From NCBI GenBank assembly GCA_964016885.1, contig OZ024761.1:1736001-1800000 (forward strand): DNA of 64,000 nucleotides, written 5' to 3'. The DNA is from Eledone cirrhosa (lineage: Eukaryota). Every line of letters starts with the position of its first letter. Within the stretch, counting starts at the first letter, position 1. Shown here piece by piece: positions 1 through 13,542 of the stretch. Below the pieces are notes generated by a model that ran no database searches, had not been told where the DNA came from, and saw only the letters and a list, made by a program, of their open reading frames with translations. The position numbers and the translations under genes are program-made.

Positions 1-645
1 TATTCGTTCCAACTCTCTGCTCTCTGAGTTCAAATCCCGCTGAGGTCAACTTTGCCTTTCATCCTTTTGATGTCAATAAAAAAGTACCAGTCTAGTACTG
101 GGGTCGATTCTTCTTCTATATCTCTTTCTCATTTCCTCTCTCTCACTTTCTATCTTTCTCTGGAAGAAATCTGCTGTACGCAGGCCTGGACAGGGGTGGG
201 CTCCGCCTGGCTTAAAATGCCCAAGAAATGATGCATGCTAATACGGCACCTCTATGACTCTGTCAGGAGTTACAGGACCATACATACATACTGAGTATAA
301 TGTTTTGCTCAAGAACATAACACACAACCCAGTCCAAGAATGAAACCCAGAACATGATTGTAAGTTTAACACCATTTACACTTGTGTTAGTGTTAAATAG
401 AGCATGAAAGTTTATTAGCTTTGTTGCAATTAGTTGAGACACGAAATAACTGGCACAATGTCCTTTCCTATTGTAAGAGGTGAATAAAAGAGTTCACACA
501 CACATACACATAAACACACACATGCACTCACACTCTAAAACACACAAACACACTCACACACATACTCTTTCACACTCTTAAATGCACAAATGTACTCACA
601 CACACACACTTAAACACAGTAATGTAAATGTTAAATAGATTAAGG

Positions 646-930
646 CAGTCATGGGTAACCTGCGGCCCACGAAGCTTTCTAAATGATTCACCTAAGTGAA
701 ATCTTTCTGATTTTTTTACCCCAACTTTTCAGTTGTAATTTATCTTTCTATAATTTTTAACGATTGAGGAAAACAACGTGTACGAATTCTGAAGAAACAA
801 ATCAAAACAACCTGAGTTATCACCCTTTTTTTTTTAATGTGGGCACAAATGTAAATTAGCGCTTGCGGCCTCCCTGATGATGAGCCATATCTCATGCAGC
901 CCGCTTCTCGAAAAAGGTTGCCCATGCCTG
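646..930. mobile_element. Non-autonomous hAT-type MITE
   Basis: TIRs CAGTCATGGGTAACCT / rc CAGGCATGGGCAACCT (14/16); 8-bp TSD gattaagg / ggttaagg (7/8). Confidence 0.7.
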
Positions 931-1159
931 GGTTAAGGGCTGAAACCCTTGCATGAGGCGAGAGGGTGGTTCTTCTCTGGTGACCTTCTCCTGTCCAACT
1001 TTCTTGAGAGTTTCTGACCACATAATACTACATAGTACGGCATAAATACTGTTACAAAATAAAATGCTTATAACTCCTTCAATATTTATTGTACCTAGCC
1101 ACAATTGTGGCACAAAGTAATTAATAAAATGTTTATTAACACCATGAAATCTTATTTGA

Positions 1160-1500
1160 TATGCTTTCCTTTTGTTCTCACAACACCTCGAGATCATCTT
1201 TACATAGCCTCCTCATGGATCTCTCTGAAATTTCGGCCTCTTTCACCATTTTTCTCATGAATCTTTTTGGCTTACATCTGATTTTCTCATGCATGTATTT
1301 GATTAGTTTTGGTGTTCAGAAGGTGCTAGGACGTCCTGATCTTGGCTTGGCTTTTGTTGGGGAAGTTTCTTTGAAGTGATCAATGGTCCTTTTTATGAGC
1401 ATTTTGTTAATTTCAAGCTGTTTTCCAGTTATAAAAATCTGAGGTGGAGTCTACTTTTTTTCATGCTGTCCAATTATAAATTTTCCTTTCAATTCTAAGG
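1160..1500 (-). pseudogene. Decayed Tc1/mariner-like transposase N-terminal (HTH) fragment
   Basis: Minus-strand translation ...KRTIDHFKETSPTKAKPRSGRPSTF*TPKLIK...RKMVKEAEISERSMRRLCKDDL; RSGRP motif with stops. Confidence 0.55.
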
Positions 1501-1504
1501 ACAT

Positions 1505-1780
1505 TTAAATAATAATAATAATGAAATTATTGTGTACACTGCTCAGGTGCATATATAGTACATAGAATAATGTATAAAGGTCAGGAAAGTGAACAGTGTA
1601 TGAGTCATGAAATACACACACATGCATGCGTGTGTATGGAAGGGGGATATCAGGTGTAGTGTTGGCGAATTTCAGGAAGCATGGAGGTTTTAAAAGATGT
1701 AGTGTCCCAGTAGCTAACAACTGATGCAGGTAATTTGTTCCATGCTTCAGCAACTCTGAACATGAAAAAATGTGCAATGA
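1505..1780 (-). mobile_element. 3' fragment of CR1/L2-like LINE with (AAT)n tail
   Basis: Homologous to 62040-62430 and 7485-7690 (EAWNKLPASVVSC motif family). Confidence 0.6.
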
Positions 1781-2157
1781 ATCCTTATATAACCCCCAAA
1801 ACAGTTAGTATATAGTATTAGGTTAATATTTGAGCAATCAGATCAATAATAAAGTAATTATTATTGGTTTCTTATATAAGCATAAGGCCAGCAATTTGGG
1901 GGGGGGGTCTATTAAAGCGCTCCCTGTGTGTGACTGGTACTTTATTTTATCGACCCAGTAAGGATGAAAGGCAAAGTTAATCTGGGTGGGATTTGAACTC
2001 AGATCATAAAGGGCCGTAACTCTATGCTGCAAAGCATAAAGTAATTAATATTATGACTTAAACTCATTTGATATTTTGTAACAGTATTTATGCTGCACCC
2101 TGTATATATTTGTAAAGTAATGTTAGATATTTCTACTTGTTTGTTTTATTTTAACAG

Positions 2158-2295
2158 TGTGTAAAGCTGGTTATTTTGGTGTCCATTGTTCAAATCCCTG
2201 TAAATGCAAGGACAGTGCAAACTGTAACCCTAAAACTGGACACTGTCCAAACAACAAGTGTCTACCTGGTTTTACTGGTCATGACTGCCAAGCTT
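2158..2295 (+). CDS. EGF-repeat receptor exon E1 (first in window; MEGF10/PEAR1/SCARF-like)
   Basis: ttaacag| ... |gttagt; 138 bp, phase 1-1; CKAGYFGVHCSNPCKCKDSANCNPKTGHCPNNKCLPGFTGHDCQA. Confidence 0.9.
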
Positions 2296-2339
2296 GTTAG
2301 TATGCTTATTTTAAACTGTAAATGTTCATTTATTAACAG

Positions 2340-3195
2340 CGTGCCTCCTGATGTGCCCTGTGTGCCTCTGATGCTCCCAGTCTGCCTCTTGTGTTCCCAG
2401 TGTGTCTCTGATATACCTAGTGTGCCTCTGATGTACCTACTGTGCTTCTGATGTTCCCAGTATGCCTCTTGTGTTCCCAGTGTGTCTCTGATATACCTAG
2501 TGTGCCTCTGATGTGCCAACTGTGCTTCTGATGTTCCCAGTGTGCCTCTTGTATTCCCAGTGTGTCTCTGATTTGCCCAGTGTGCTTCTGATGTTCTCAG
2601 TATGCCTCCTATGTACCTAGTGTCCACTGATATTCCAGTGTACCTCTGATGTCTCCACTCTGCCTCCAATGTTCCCAGTATGCCAGTATACCTCTGATGC
2701 TCCCAGTGTGCCTCTGATATACCTAGTGTGCCTCTGGCGTGGCCACTGTGCTTCTGATGTGCCCACTGCACTTCTGATGTTCCCAGTATGCCTCTTGTGT
2801 TCCCAGTGTGTCTCTGATGTGCCCAGTGTTCCTCTGATGTTCTCAGTATGCCTCCTATGTGCCTAGTGTCCACTGATATTCCAGTGTGCCTCTGATGTTC
2901 CCACTGTGCTCCAATGTTCCCAGTATGCCAGTATGCCTCTAATATCCCAGTGTGCTTCTGGATGTTCACAGTGAGCCATTGTGCCTCTTGAGTACCCACT
3001 GTGTCTCTGATGTTCCCACTGTACCTTTGATGTTCCCAGTGTGCCTCAGATGTTCCCAGTGTATTTCTGGTGTTCACAGGGTGGCTTTGATATTCCCAGT
3101 GTATCTCTGATGTTCCTGTGTGCTTCAGGTGTTCCCAGTGTGCCTCTGATGGTCCCAATGTACCTGTGTGCTTCTAATTTTCCAAGTGTGCCAAG
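2340..3195. repeat. Degenerate ~20-bp minisatellite (tgtgcctctgatgttcccag-like)
   Basis: Tandem units visible; explains spurious ORF 2262..3158. Confidence 0.85.
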
Positions 3196-3440
3196 CATAG
3201 TTTCTATTGTTGGATGCCCTTCTAACACTACCTCACAGCATGTACTGGGTGCATTTCCTCATGGCACCACCTTTACCACATGCCAGGGTTGTCTTGGTGC
3301 TGTTATCATGGTACCACACTAACACTTTACTGTATGGGCTGGATGCATTTTATCACAGCATCAAACACTTCCATTTTCCAGTGTAGGCTTGGTGCACTTT
3401 ATCATGGCACCAGCACTACCACATTTCAACACTGGGGTGT

Positions 3441-6328
3441 TTAACCCTTTAGCATTTAAACCGGCCATATCTGGCCAGAATCCTCTCACCTCTTTCTGTT
3501 GAAACCGGCCATAACTGGCCACTCATACTGACATTAAGGTATTCTTCTCAAAATAGATAATATCAAAATCTCATAGATTCGACATTATGAGATACTTATG
3601 TGAGGTAAAGCCTTTACCATGAAAATACAATAGTATATATAGAGTCATCATCATCATCATCATCATCATCACTGTTTTACGTCCGTTCTTCCACGCTAGC
3701 ATGGGTTAGACGGGTTGTCCTGTTGTAGGCAGTGTCTGGTCAGCTGACTATGCCTTGCTCATACAGGAACTGATTTGGCTTGATTTCTACAGCTGGATGC
3801 CCTTCCTAACACCAACCTCATTTACAGTGAGTGCTGGGTGCTTTTTCGTGGTGCCTACACGTCCACTTTACAGTGTGGGCTGGGTGCTTCTTTGCCGTGG
3901 CACCTCCACGACCACCTTGCAGTGGGGGATGTAGGGGCATATTGTCTATATGCTTCAGCTTGTACCCATGGGAGGTCGGGTAGTCTGTATTACTGCGTGA
4001 CGCCAGAGATCACGGTCGTGTGTCATCGCCTTTGAGAGGTGTAATTGGGTAAGGTCGGCTTTTATCACCTCATCCCAGGTCATCTTGGGTCTCCCCACTC
4101 CGCAGTTTCCATCGACTTCTAGTGCTCTGCACCTTTTTATGCAGCTGTCATCCTTCATACGCATCACATGGCCATACCAACGCAACCGCCTCTCCTGCAC
4201 ACAGCATTTGATTCCTCTTATGCTCAGTCTCTTTCTCAATTCATTTATGCTTTGTCGTTCACGTATATTACTATTACACATCCATCGGAGCATGCAGGCT
4301 TCGTTTCTCTCTAATCTACGTAAGTCTTCCACCTTCAGCGCCCAAGTCTAACTACCATGTAACATTGCTGTTCGTATACACGCATCATACAGTCTGCCTT
4401 TCATTCTGAGGGAGAAGCCTTTTGCAGCTAGCAGTGCTAGTAGTTCCCTAAACTTCTTCCATCCCGTTCTTACCCTAGTTATTGTACTTTCTGAACACCC
4501 ATCTCCGCTGCTAATTCGGTCACCTAGGTAGCAGAAGCTGTCTACTGTTTCTACAGAGCCCTCCCAGAGATTGGTGGTACTTGTTTCCTGTGGCTGTTTG
4601 CTGCTTGCTGTCCCAGCACAGCTGCTGCATGTGAAGCCTACATTCTTAATTAAGCTTCCTGAGATCCCGCTACATCTCTTGTGTACCCATTGTTTGCATT
4701 TGGGGCAGAGAATGGAGTTCCTACCTACACCTTTCCAACATACTGAGCAAGGCCATTTCCCTGTGGGGATCTGGGTTCTGTTTCTCGTCTACTTACAAGG
4801 ACCTTAGTCTTTGTCATGTTGACTTTGAGACCCTTTCTTTCTAGTCCCTGCTTCCAGGTTTGGAATTTCTTCTCTAGCTCTACCATAGATTCAGTTATAA
4901 GTGCGAGGTCATCAGCATACAGGAGTTCCCATGGGCATCCGGTCTTAAACTCCTCCGTTATTGCCTGTAGGACTATGATGAACAGGAGGGGGCTAAGAAC
5001 AGAGCCCTGGTGGACCCCAACCTGTACGCTAAATTCCTCACTATACTCATTGCTAATCCTAACTTTGCTGACTGCTCCCCTATACATGGCTTGTACCGCT
5101 TTCACAAGCCATTCATCTACTCATAGTTTTCTAAGAGCCCACCAGATTACAGCACGTGGAACTCTGTCAAAGGCTTTCTCAAGGTCGACAAATGCCAGGT
5201 AGAGTGGCTTACTTTTAGCTAGGTACTTTTCCTGTAACTGCCTCACAAGGAAGAGGTCATCAGTGGTACCTCTTCCTGGTACAAACCCAAATTGCATCTC
5301 GTCTAGTTTCACCCGGTCCCTAATCAACTGTGCTATAACTCTTTCTGTTACTTTCATGACCTGGTCCATCAGCTTTATACCTCTATAGTTTCCTCTATCT
5401 AGTGCATCATCTTTACCTTTGTAGCAGTTGACAATGATGCTACTGCACCAATCTTTTGGTATGACACCTTCTAGTATTACCTGGTTAACAATACGTGTGG
5501 TTATTGTGTGACCTACAGACCCAGATGCCTTCAGCATCTCAGCAGCTATACCCGATGGACCAGTTGCCTTCCCCATCTTCATATCTTTGATTGCCTTACT
5601 TACTACGCTGCTGCTGACTTGTACTGCTGGCCCCTCTATAGGGTCTACTTGGGGTAGGGTCTCTTCTTCTCATGCATTCTCCTCATTTAGTAATCTATCA
5701 TAATGACTCTTCCATGCATCTTTCTTCTCAGCACTTGTGAGGGCAAGCTCACCTTTATCATTCCAGATACACTTCTCTCCAATGACATCACAATTCTCTC
5801 TGACACACTGCCTCACAATCTTGAACACCTCCTGTTTCTGGTCCTTATGTTGCAAAACATGCTTGAATTTTCTATCCTCTGCTTCCCTCCTAGCTAAGTA
5901 TACTTGTCGCCTAGCTTCCCTCTTGGTCTCTATGTAATGTACCCTGCTTCCCCCGTTCTTCCATTCTTTCCATGCCTGTCTCTTGGCCTTAACTGCCTCA
6001 TCTACCTTATTGTTCCACCACCAAGTCACTCTCCTCCTGCTTGAGGTCTTACTCCAGCCACAGACCTCATCCGTCGCCTCTAGTAAGTTATTTTTTAGGA
6101 ACTCCCAGTTCTCTTCTACATTGAATGTCTATGAGTAATGTAAATGCTAAAGGGTTATATATTGACTTCTTTCAATAACCGGTCACTAATACTGACATTA
6201 AGGTATTCTTCTCAAAATAAATAATATCATCATCAAAATCTCGTAGATCCCATATTATGTGATAAAGTGTTTACTGTAAAAATACAATAGTATGTATATA
6301 TAAAGTAATGTAAATGCTAAAGGGTTAA
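3441..6328. mobile_element. piggyBac-type MITE (TTAA|CCCTTTAGCA...TGCTAAAGGG|TTAA) split by an RTE insertion; other copies at ~12476-12793, 24955-25175, 26927-27141, 51040-51256
   Basis: TTAA target, CCC termini and TIR; internal sequence repeated across the window. Confidence 0.7.
3646..6130 (-). mobile_element. 5'-truncated RTE LINE, same family as the 18291 ORF, with stops and frameshifts
   Basis: ORFs 5670-6029, 5121-5582, 4725-5105, 3955-4332 nearly identical to the 1039-aa ORF; (CAT)n tail at 3646. Confidence 0.92.
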
Positions 6329-6366
6329 ATTTACTAAATTTCTGTTTGATCCTTTATTTCATCCAG

Positions 6367-6504
6367 TCTGTCCAAGCAATACTTTTGGGTCTAACTGTCA
6401 AAAGGTTTGTCATTGTGAAGAAAGTAAATACTGCAACAGAACCAATGGTGTTTGTGAAGAGGGCAACTGTGAACCAGGCTATATAGGAACTGATTGTCAA
6501 ACTG
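6367..6504 (+). CDS. EGF-repeat receptor exon E2
   Basis: atccag| ... |gttggt; 138 bp; CPSNTFGSNCQKVCHCEESKYCNRTNGVCEEGNCEPGYIGTDCQT. Confidence 0.9.
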
Positions 6505-6508
6505 GTTG

Positions 6509-6912
6509 GTTTAATACTCTTTTACATTTACTACTAACTAGTATAACTATATTATTAATGGCTACATAGGTGTATTACTCTTTCACTTTTACTACTAACT
6601 AGTATAACTATATTATTAATGACTACATATGTTTAATACTCTTTTACTTTTACTACTAACTAGTATAACTATATTATTAATGGCTACATAGGTTTATTAC
6701 TCTTTTACTTTTACTACTAACTAGTATAACTATATTATTAATGACTACATATGTTTAATACTCTTTTACTTTTACTACTAACTAGTATAACTATATTATT
6801 AATGACTACATATGTTTAATACTCTTTTACTTTTACTACTAACTATATATTATTAATGACTACATATGTTTAATAGTCTTTTATTTTTACTTCTAACTAG
6901 TCTAACTATATT
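6509..6912. repeat. 61-bp AT-rich minisatellite (~6.5 copies)
   Basis: gtttaatactcttttacttttactactaactagtataactatattattaatgactacatat repeated. Confidence 0.9.
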
Positions 6913-8439
6913 ATGGCAGTATCGGTAGAGAGTCGGATGCCGTGCTTTCCAGCATAGTTATGTCCCTTTACAATCTGAGTTCAAATCCCACCGAAGTTAA
7001 CTTTGCCTTTCATCCTTACGGGGTCGATAAAATAAAGTACCAGTAATACACTGGGATAATTGCTGACCTTGTGCCGAAAGTAGAAACAATTATTATTCCT
7101 GGTGGACAGTAATGGACCACAGGTGACAGGTTAATGTGGGTAGTAAAGTATCTCAGGAAAAAGGTAGATGTAGACAGAAGTATTTGCAAGGAAGCAAACT
7201 TGTACCTGTTCCTTATAGGACCCTCCGTCTACTTCTTTCTATCTCCACATGTACTTTATCTGGTTTTCCTAACTGTTATTTATAGTGATCAACTATTATG
7301 AAAGTCTTTTACATTGGAACTACTGCAAATAAATAAAATAGAATAAGAAAACATCACAGGAATATGACAAGAGTAAGCATAGAAATATCACTGATGATGT
7401 CACAGATGTGTGATGAAAGAACTCTGAGAAACTATATTTATATTTATATTTGTTAACTGTTGGTCAATCGATATATATAAAAATTTGCTGAAGCATGGAA
7501 CAAACTACCCGCATCAGTTGTGTGCTGCCGGGACACTGCATCCTTTAAAGCCTCCATGCTTCCTGAAATTCACTGAAGCATGGAACAAACTACCTGCATC
7601 AGTTGTTAGCTGCCGGGACACTGCATCCTTTAAAACCTCAATGCTGCCTGAAATTCGCCAACACTGCACCTGATATTCCCCCTCCATACATACATACACA
7701 CACACACATATATCTTGACTCGAGCCTAGTTAGTACTTAGATGGGAAACCATTTGAGAAATCTAGGTGCTGTAAGCATTTCCTTTTATTTTTTTTTTGCG
7801 CCAACACTACACCTGATATTCCCCCTCCATACACACGCATGCATGTGTCTGTGTGTATCTCATGACTCATACACTGTTCACTGTCTGTTCACTAATGTAC
7901 TATACATTCACCATTGATGAGTTGTAGTGCACCTGAGCACTGTACACAATAATTTTATTATTATCATCATCATCATTTTACGTCCGCTTTTCCCTGCTTG
8001 CAAGGGTGGGATGGGTCTTATTAAGCATGGCATCTCTTCATTCATCACGGTCCCTTGTCATCTCCTCTGTGAGTTTCAGCAATTTGAGGTCTGCTCTCAC
8101 TACCTCCGCCCATGTTTTTCATGGTCTACCTCTACTGCGTCTTCCTTCTACTGGGATTTCTTGGCACTTCTTTACCCAGCGGTCATCCTCCATGCGCATC
8201 ACATGTCCATACCATCTCAGCTCAGCCTTCTCTCCTGCACACCACAACTTATCCCTCTTATACCCAGTTTCTTTCTCAACATGTCTATGCTTGGTCATTC
8301 ACGCACATTGGCATTATAGTTATGTATAATTGTGTATATGTATGTTATAGCTGTGTATAATTGTATATATGTGTTATTGTGTATAATTTTATATATATGT
8401 TGTAAATATAATTCTATTTTCTTTTTTTTTTTTTTTCAG

Positions 8440-8577
8440 AATGTAAAAAGGGTTATTTTGGCTTGAACTGTCAGTATTTGTGCCACTGTGCTGACAACGA
8501 TCATTGCGACATTAAATCTGGGGTGTGTTCTAGTGTTGGATGTGCAGCTGGTTTCAGGGGAGACAACTGTCAGTCAG
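8440..8577 (+). CDS. EGF-repeat receptor exon E3
   Basis: polyT-cag| ... |gtgggt; 138 bp; CKKGYFGLNCQYLCHCADNDHCDIKSGVCSSVGCAAGFRGDNCQS. Confidence 0.92.
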
Positions 8578-8705
8578 GTGGGTACTTCTGTCTTTATCAG
8601 AAAGTCTGTGTGAAGATATATAGCTTAGAGGTTACAGGTGTGCTGTTCTCAATCATAAGGTCTTGGGTTGAACATCTGGTGCCATATTTTATTGTTCTAT
8701 ATAAT

Positions 8706-8759
<54 letters not shown>

Positions 8760-8941
8760 AGTATGTATGTATACGTACATACATATATGTATACAGACGT
8801 ACATATATATGCACGTATCGGTTTACCGAACATTTATTATAATGTTTGGTTTGTTTATTTGTAAACAAACAAACAGCCCGAATTACGCCGTACAGTATTT
8901 AGGCAACCACGTCAAATTTTTGTTCAACACTGACACAGGAA

Positions 8942-8982
8942 CGATGTACTAGTTTCAAGCTTATTAGCTATCGTCAGCATCG
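8942..8982 (-). ncRNA. Type I hammerhead ribozyme
   Basis: Minus strand: CGATG CTGACGA TAGCT-AATA-AGCTT GAAA CTAGTA CATCG; stem I CGATG/CATCG, palindromic stem III ACTAGT, GUA cleavage triplet. Confidence 0.8.
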
Positions 8983-9322
8983 TATACCTTCCCGCCAGAT
9001 GGTTGAATGTCTGAAAGTATATACTTCCCTTATGCATATTAACGGCTGAGCAGCGTAATTTGCATATCGAGTGAGTTCAGTCGGTCGGGCACACCGAAAA
9101 CGATAAATGGAATAGAATGAAATGAAATTTCATTTCTCACTCTTAGTACGGCACTTACTTAAATGTAAGTATGTATGTATACGTACATACATATATGTAT
9201 ACAGACATACAGTAGTATGTATATATATACATACATGCACACATATATATATGCACGTATCGGTTTACCGAACATTTATTATAATGTTCGGTTTGTTTGT
9301 TTGTAAACAAACAGCCCGAATT

Positions 9323-11323
9323 AGTTTTGATACTAGCCCCTATTGCATGTGCGACCATTTTTCTTACCTGATCAGTGTTTTGGGGGGTCTGTATAGCTTT
9401 GGTCCACCCAATCCACCGAATCAAAACTACCCTAAAGGGCCACATATTTAAGTTCAATGAGAAAATCTACACCCAAAATGAGGGAGCAGCCATCGGCGTC
9501 AGCATAGCTGGTGATGTTGCCAACCTTTTCATGGTATGGTGGGAAAGGAGACTTAAAGATCTCCTTAATGAAAGCTCCATAGACCTCATCATGTACTCTC
9601 GTTATGTAGACGATATCAATATAGTTATAAGAACACCCCCACTAGAGAGCACTAACAAGTTTGATTTAGAACGTAGCACGATGGAAAGCATCCAGCAGAT
9701 AGCTAATTCCATACACCAGAGTATAACTGTAACTATAGACTTCCCTTCCAAACACCCTAACAATAGACTACCTGTATTAGACACAGAACTCTGGATTAAC
9801 ACTATAGACGAGAGAGCCCAAATTCTCCACTCACACTATGCTAAACCCATGGCCTCCAAATACCTGATACTCAAAAACTCAGCAATGTCCAGTAGTGCTA
9901 AGTTTAATATTCTGATCGCAGATTTGGTACGAGTGATGAAGAATGTGTCCAGCATGTGCAACCCAACAGAAATGGAAGGACACATCCAACACTTCATCAA
10001 CCGCATGCAGTTCTCTGGCTACAACCAAAGAGACAGAGTCAGAGTATACGAAGGAGCCATGGAAAAGTATAAGACCCTCATAGAACTGGACATGAAAGGA
10101 ATTTGCCCACTATACAGGAGCAAATCATGGAATAGCTTAGATAGGGCTAGACATAAGATAGGGAAGGCCACATCATGGTACGACAACCAGAGATATCAGA
10201 GTGTCATGTTTGTGGACGCCACCCCTGGAGGGAAATTAGCTAACCAGTGTAGAAAGGCCCTGAGAAAGACCCACTTAAAAATAAAGGTGGTAGAAAAGCC
10301 AGGAACCACCATAAAATCCCTGATCAGCAAAACCTACCCTTTTAAGAAAACCCACTGTACCAATAGGAAATGTATCATATGTAAGGTGAACCCCCGGATA
10401 AACTGTAAAACTAGAAACGTAGTCTATAGCATAAGATGTACAGAGGGTACTTGCAGAAACATGACAACAACATACATAGGTGAGACAGCTCGTAGCATAG
10501 GTGAAAGGATAGACCAACACTGGGGGGAACTAAAAGGACGAAAAAACGGGTCAGTACTATACGAACATGCTAGACAACAACATGACGGTAACATAGACAA
10601 CATAGAAATTAGAATAATATCGAAACATAGGAATGACCCAGCTGATAGGCAAATCAGAGAGGCCAGTGAAATAGAAATTAGAAGACCAAAGCTAAACAGA
10701 AAGAATGAGTGGAACAACAACAACACCCAAACAAACAACACTGACCTAAGAGAAGTATAAATAAGTAAATAAAATTAAATAAAATAAGATAAATAAATAC
10801 ATACACAAGCACATAAACACTTACTAGTCACCCAGCAGACACAACACTATACACACTAGTCACACATCACACATAACACTATACACACACGCAAACGCAT
10901 GCGCAAAGAAGACAAAATAAAATAAGATAAACAAACAAGCAAATAAATAAATATATAGACAGACTGAACAAAAAAAAATGGCGTAGACATACAACACAAC
11001 AGGAGGAACAATGAATATAACACCACTGACGATGTTGCAGATGTGCAACGAAAGATTTATGTAAATTATGTAAACTATATATATGTGTTTGTGTCTATAT
11101 TGTATCTGTATTATTTTTGACCGCCGGTCAGTCAATGGCAACATTGAGGACCGAGTAAGTTAGATCGCAGATATATATATATAAAAGACAGCGAGAAGCG
11201 AAAACCAACCAAACAGTGAGTGTGTTCTGTTATTAATTCTGGCAATATTACGCAAATATGACCCTCCCCAAATATAACAATATCTGTTTCGACACACGAT
11301 TTCATATAAAAAACCTCGCAAAA

Positions 11324-11325
<2 letters not shown>
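9323..11325 (+). mobile_element. 5'-truncated Penelope-like element (RT C-terminal half plus GIY-YIG endonuclease)
   Basis: ORF 9375..10760: GAAIG, YSRYVDD, Cys linker, NVVY...YIGET..R..QH; hammerhead in 3' UTR; 3' end flanked by (TA)n. Confidence 0.9.
11024..11061 (+). ncRNA. Minimal hammerhead ribozyme motif in PLE 3' UTR
   Basis: CA CTGACGA T GTTGCA-gatg-TGCAAC GAAA GATTTA TG; intact core and stem II, weak stems I/III. Confidence 0.6.
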
Positions 11326-11389
<64 letters not shown>

Positions 11390-11400
11390 ATATATATATG

Positions 11401-11436
<36 letters not shown>

Positions 11437-11617
11437 CACTCATATATATATATATATATATGTGTGTGTTGTGTATAATTGTGTATACATATATGTTGTG
11501 TATAATAATAGTATATATATATATATGTTGTTATGTATAATTGTAGGTAAATATCTAGAGGAAAGCAAGAGAAAGGCAAATATTTACTGAACAATCCTAA
11601 ATCGTATTTAATTTCAG

Positions 11618-11755
11618 TTTGTTTCTCTGGTTTGTTTGGTGGAGGCTGTCAACATAAATGTCACTGCCTCAATATAACCCAGTGTAACAACACAAATGGA
11701 ATGTGTCATGATGGTAACTGTTTACCTGGCTATACTGGCTCTGATTGTCAGACAG
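11618..11755 (+). CDS. EGF-repeat receptor exon E4
   Basis: tttcag| ... |gtaggt; 138 bp; CFSGLFGGGCQHKCHCLNITQCNNTNGMCHDGNCLPGYTGSDCQT. Confidence 0.92.
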
Positions 11756-12896
11756 GTAGGTAAACAATTTGGAAACTATTTCAAGTGTTACTTTTTCATA
11801 AAGACAACCCTTCTACCTGCGATTTAAATAAGGTGATAATGTAGCAGTGTGCACAGGTGTGTTTGAGGACATTTATTGTCAGGTAGACAGGTTAGCAAGG
11901 TGAACACATGAGATGTAATTAAGGTGAGAGTGTGTCAGTGTGTAAAGGTGTGTTTGTGGACATTGATTGTCAAACAGCTAGGTAAGGTGTACACTATTTC
12001 AGGTGACACTCTCAGACAACCTTTTCACATGTGATGTAATAAAGTTGATAGTGTATCATAGAACCAGATGTGGGGTTTGTACCAAAAGGGTTAAATAATG
12101 AATATATCTTCTTATTTTAATTTTCGAACGAATCATCATCACCACCATCATCTTTTTTTTGTCCTGCTTTACACCTGACATGGGTTGGATGGGACAGCTT
12201 TAGCATTCACATTGGCGTTAAGAAGGACATCCAGCCATAGAAAACCAGCCAGAAACTCGTACGTATGAGCAAGACATGGTCACCCAACCCAACTTGCCTC
12301 TAATTGGGACAAACCTGTCTAACCCATGCTAGCATGAAAGATAGACGTTAATCGACGATGATAATTACACTATATTTACTATTGTATTTTCATGGTAAAG
12401 GCTTTACCTCACATAATATCTCACATAATATCAACTCTATGAGATTTCGATGTTATTTATTTAAGAACCATACTTTAACCCTTTAGCATTCACATTACTC
12501 TATATATACTATTATATTTTCATGGTAAAGGCTTTACCTCACATAATATCTCACATAATATCAAATCTATGAGATTTTGAAATTATTTATTTTGAAAACA
12601 ATACCTTAACATCAGTATGAGCGACCAGTTACAGCCAGTTTCAATAGAAAGAGGTAGAGAATTCTGGCCGGTTTTGGCCGGTTTGAACACTAAAGGGTTA
12701 ACATAAGTATGAACGGCTGGTTATAGCCAGTTTGAACAGAAAGGGGCGAGAAAATTCTGGCCAGTTATGGCCAGTTTAAATGCTAAAGGATTAAGGTAGT
12801 ATTTTACACCTGTAATGGATTAGATGGAACCGGAGTTGGCATTATCTGCTTTGGTATGGCAACGGTTAACTAGAGTAGTGTTTTTCTATATTTCAG

Positions 12897-13034
12897 AATG
12901 TGAGAAAGGATATTTTGGGACCAACTGTACATTCCAGTGCCACTGTGCCAACAATAGGCACTGTGACACTGTGATGGGGGTTTGTTCCAGTGTTGGATGT
13001 GCTGCTGGTTTCCATGGAAACAACTGCCAAACAG
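12897..13034 (+). CDS. EGF-repeat receptor exon E5
   Basis: tttcag| ... |gtgagt; 138 bp; CEKGYFGTNCTFQCHCANNRHCDTVMGVCSSVGCAAGFHGNNCQT. Confidence 0.92.
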
Positions 13035-13094
13035 GTGAGTAGAAAACTATTAAAGCAATGGTCATATTACTAACAACAACACCTCCATTATCAT

Positions 13095-13540
13095 CACTAA
13101 CACCACTACCACCACCACTACCACAACTACTACCACCACCACCACTACTACTACCACCACCACCACTAACACCACAACCACCACTACTACTAACACCACC
13201 ATTACCACCACTACTATTACCAGCATCACCACCAACACCACCACCATCACTATACCACCACCACTACCGCCATCATTATCATCACCACCATTAACACCAC
13301 AACCATCACAACCACACCACAATCAATACCACCACTAGTATCCCCACCTCCACTATACCACCACCACTACCGCCATCATTATCATCACCACCATTAACAC
13401 CACAACCATCACAACCACCACAATCAATACCACCACTAGTATCCCCACCACCTCTATACCAACACCATCACCACAATCCCCACCACCACTACCACCAGTA
13501 TTCCCTCCACTATACCACCACCATTATACCACCATTATAC
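13095..13540. repeat. (CCA/CTA)n-like low-complexity microsatellite
   Basis: Direct reading. Confidence 0.85.
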
Positions 13541-13542
13541 CA

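Noticed and set aside
868-915. CTGATGA...CGAAA motif
   Set aside because: Lies in the hAT MITE subterminal region; no closing stems or NUH triplet
2262-3158. 298-aa ORF on the minus strand
   Set aside because: Translation of a minisatellite; intronic, no domain
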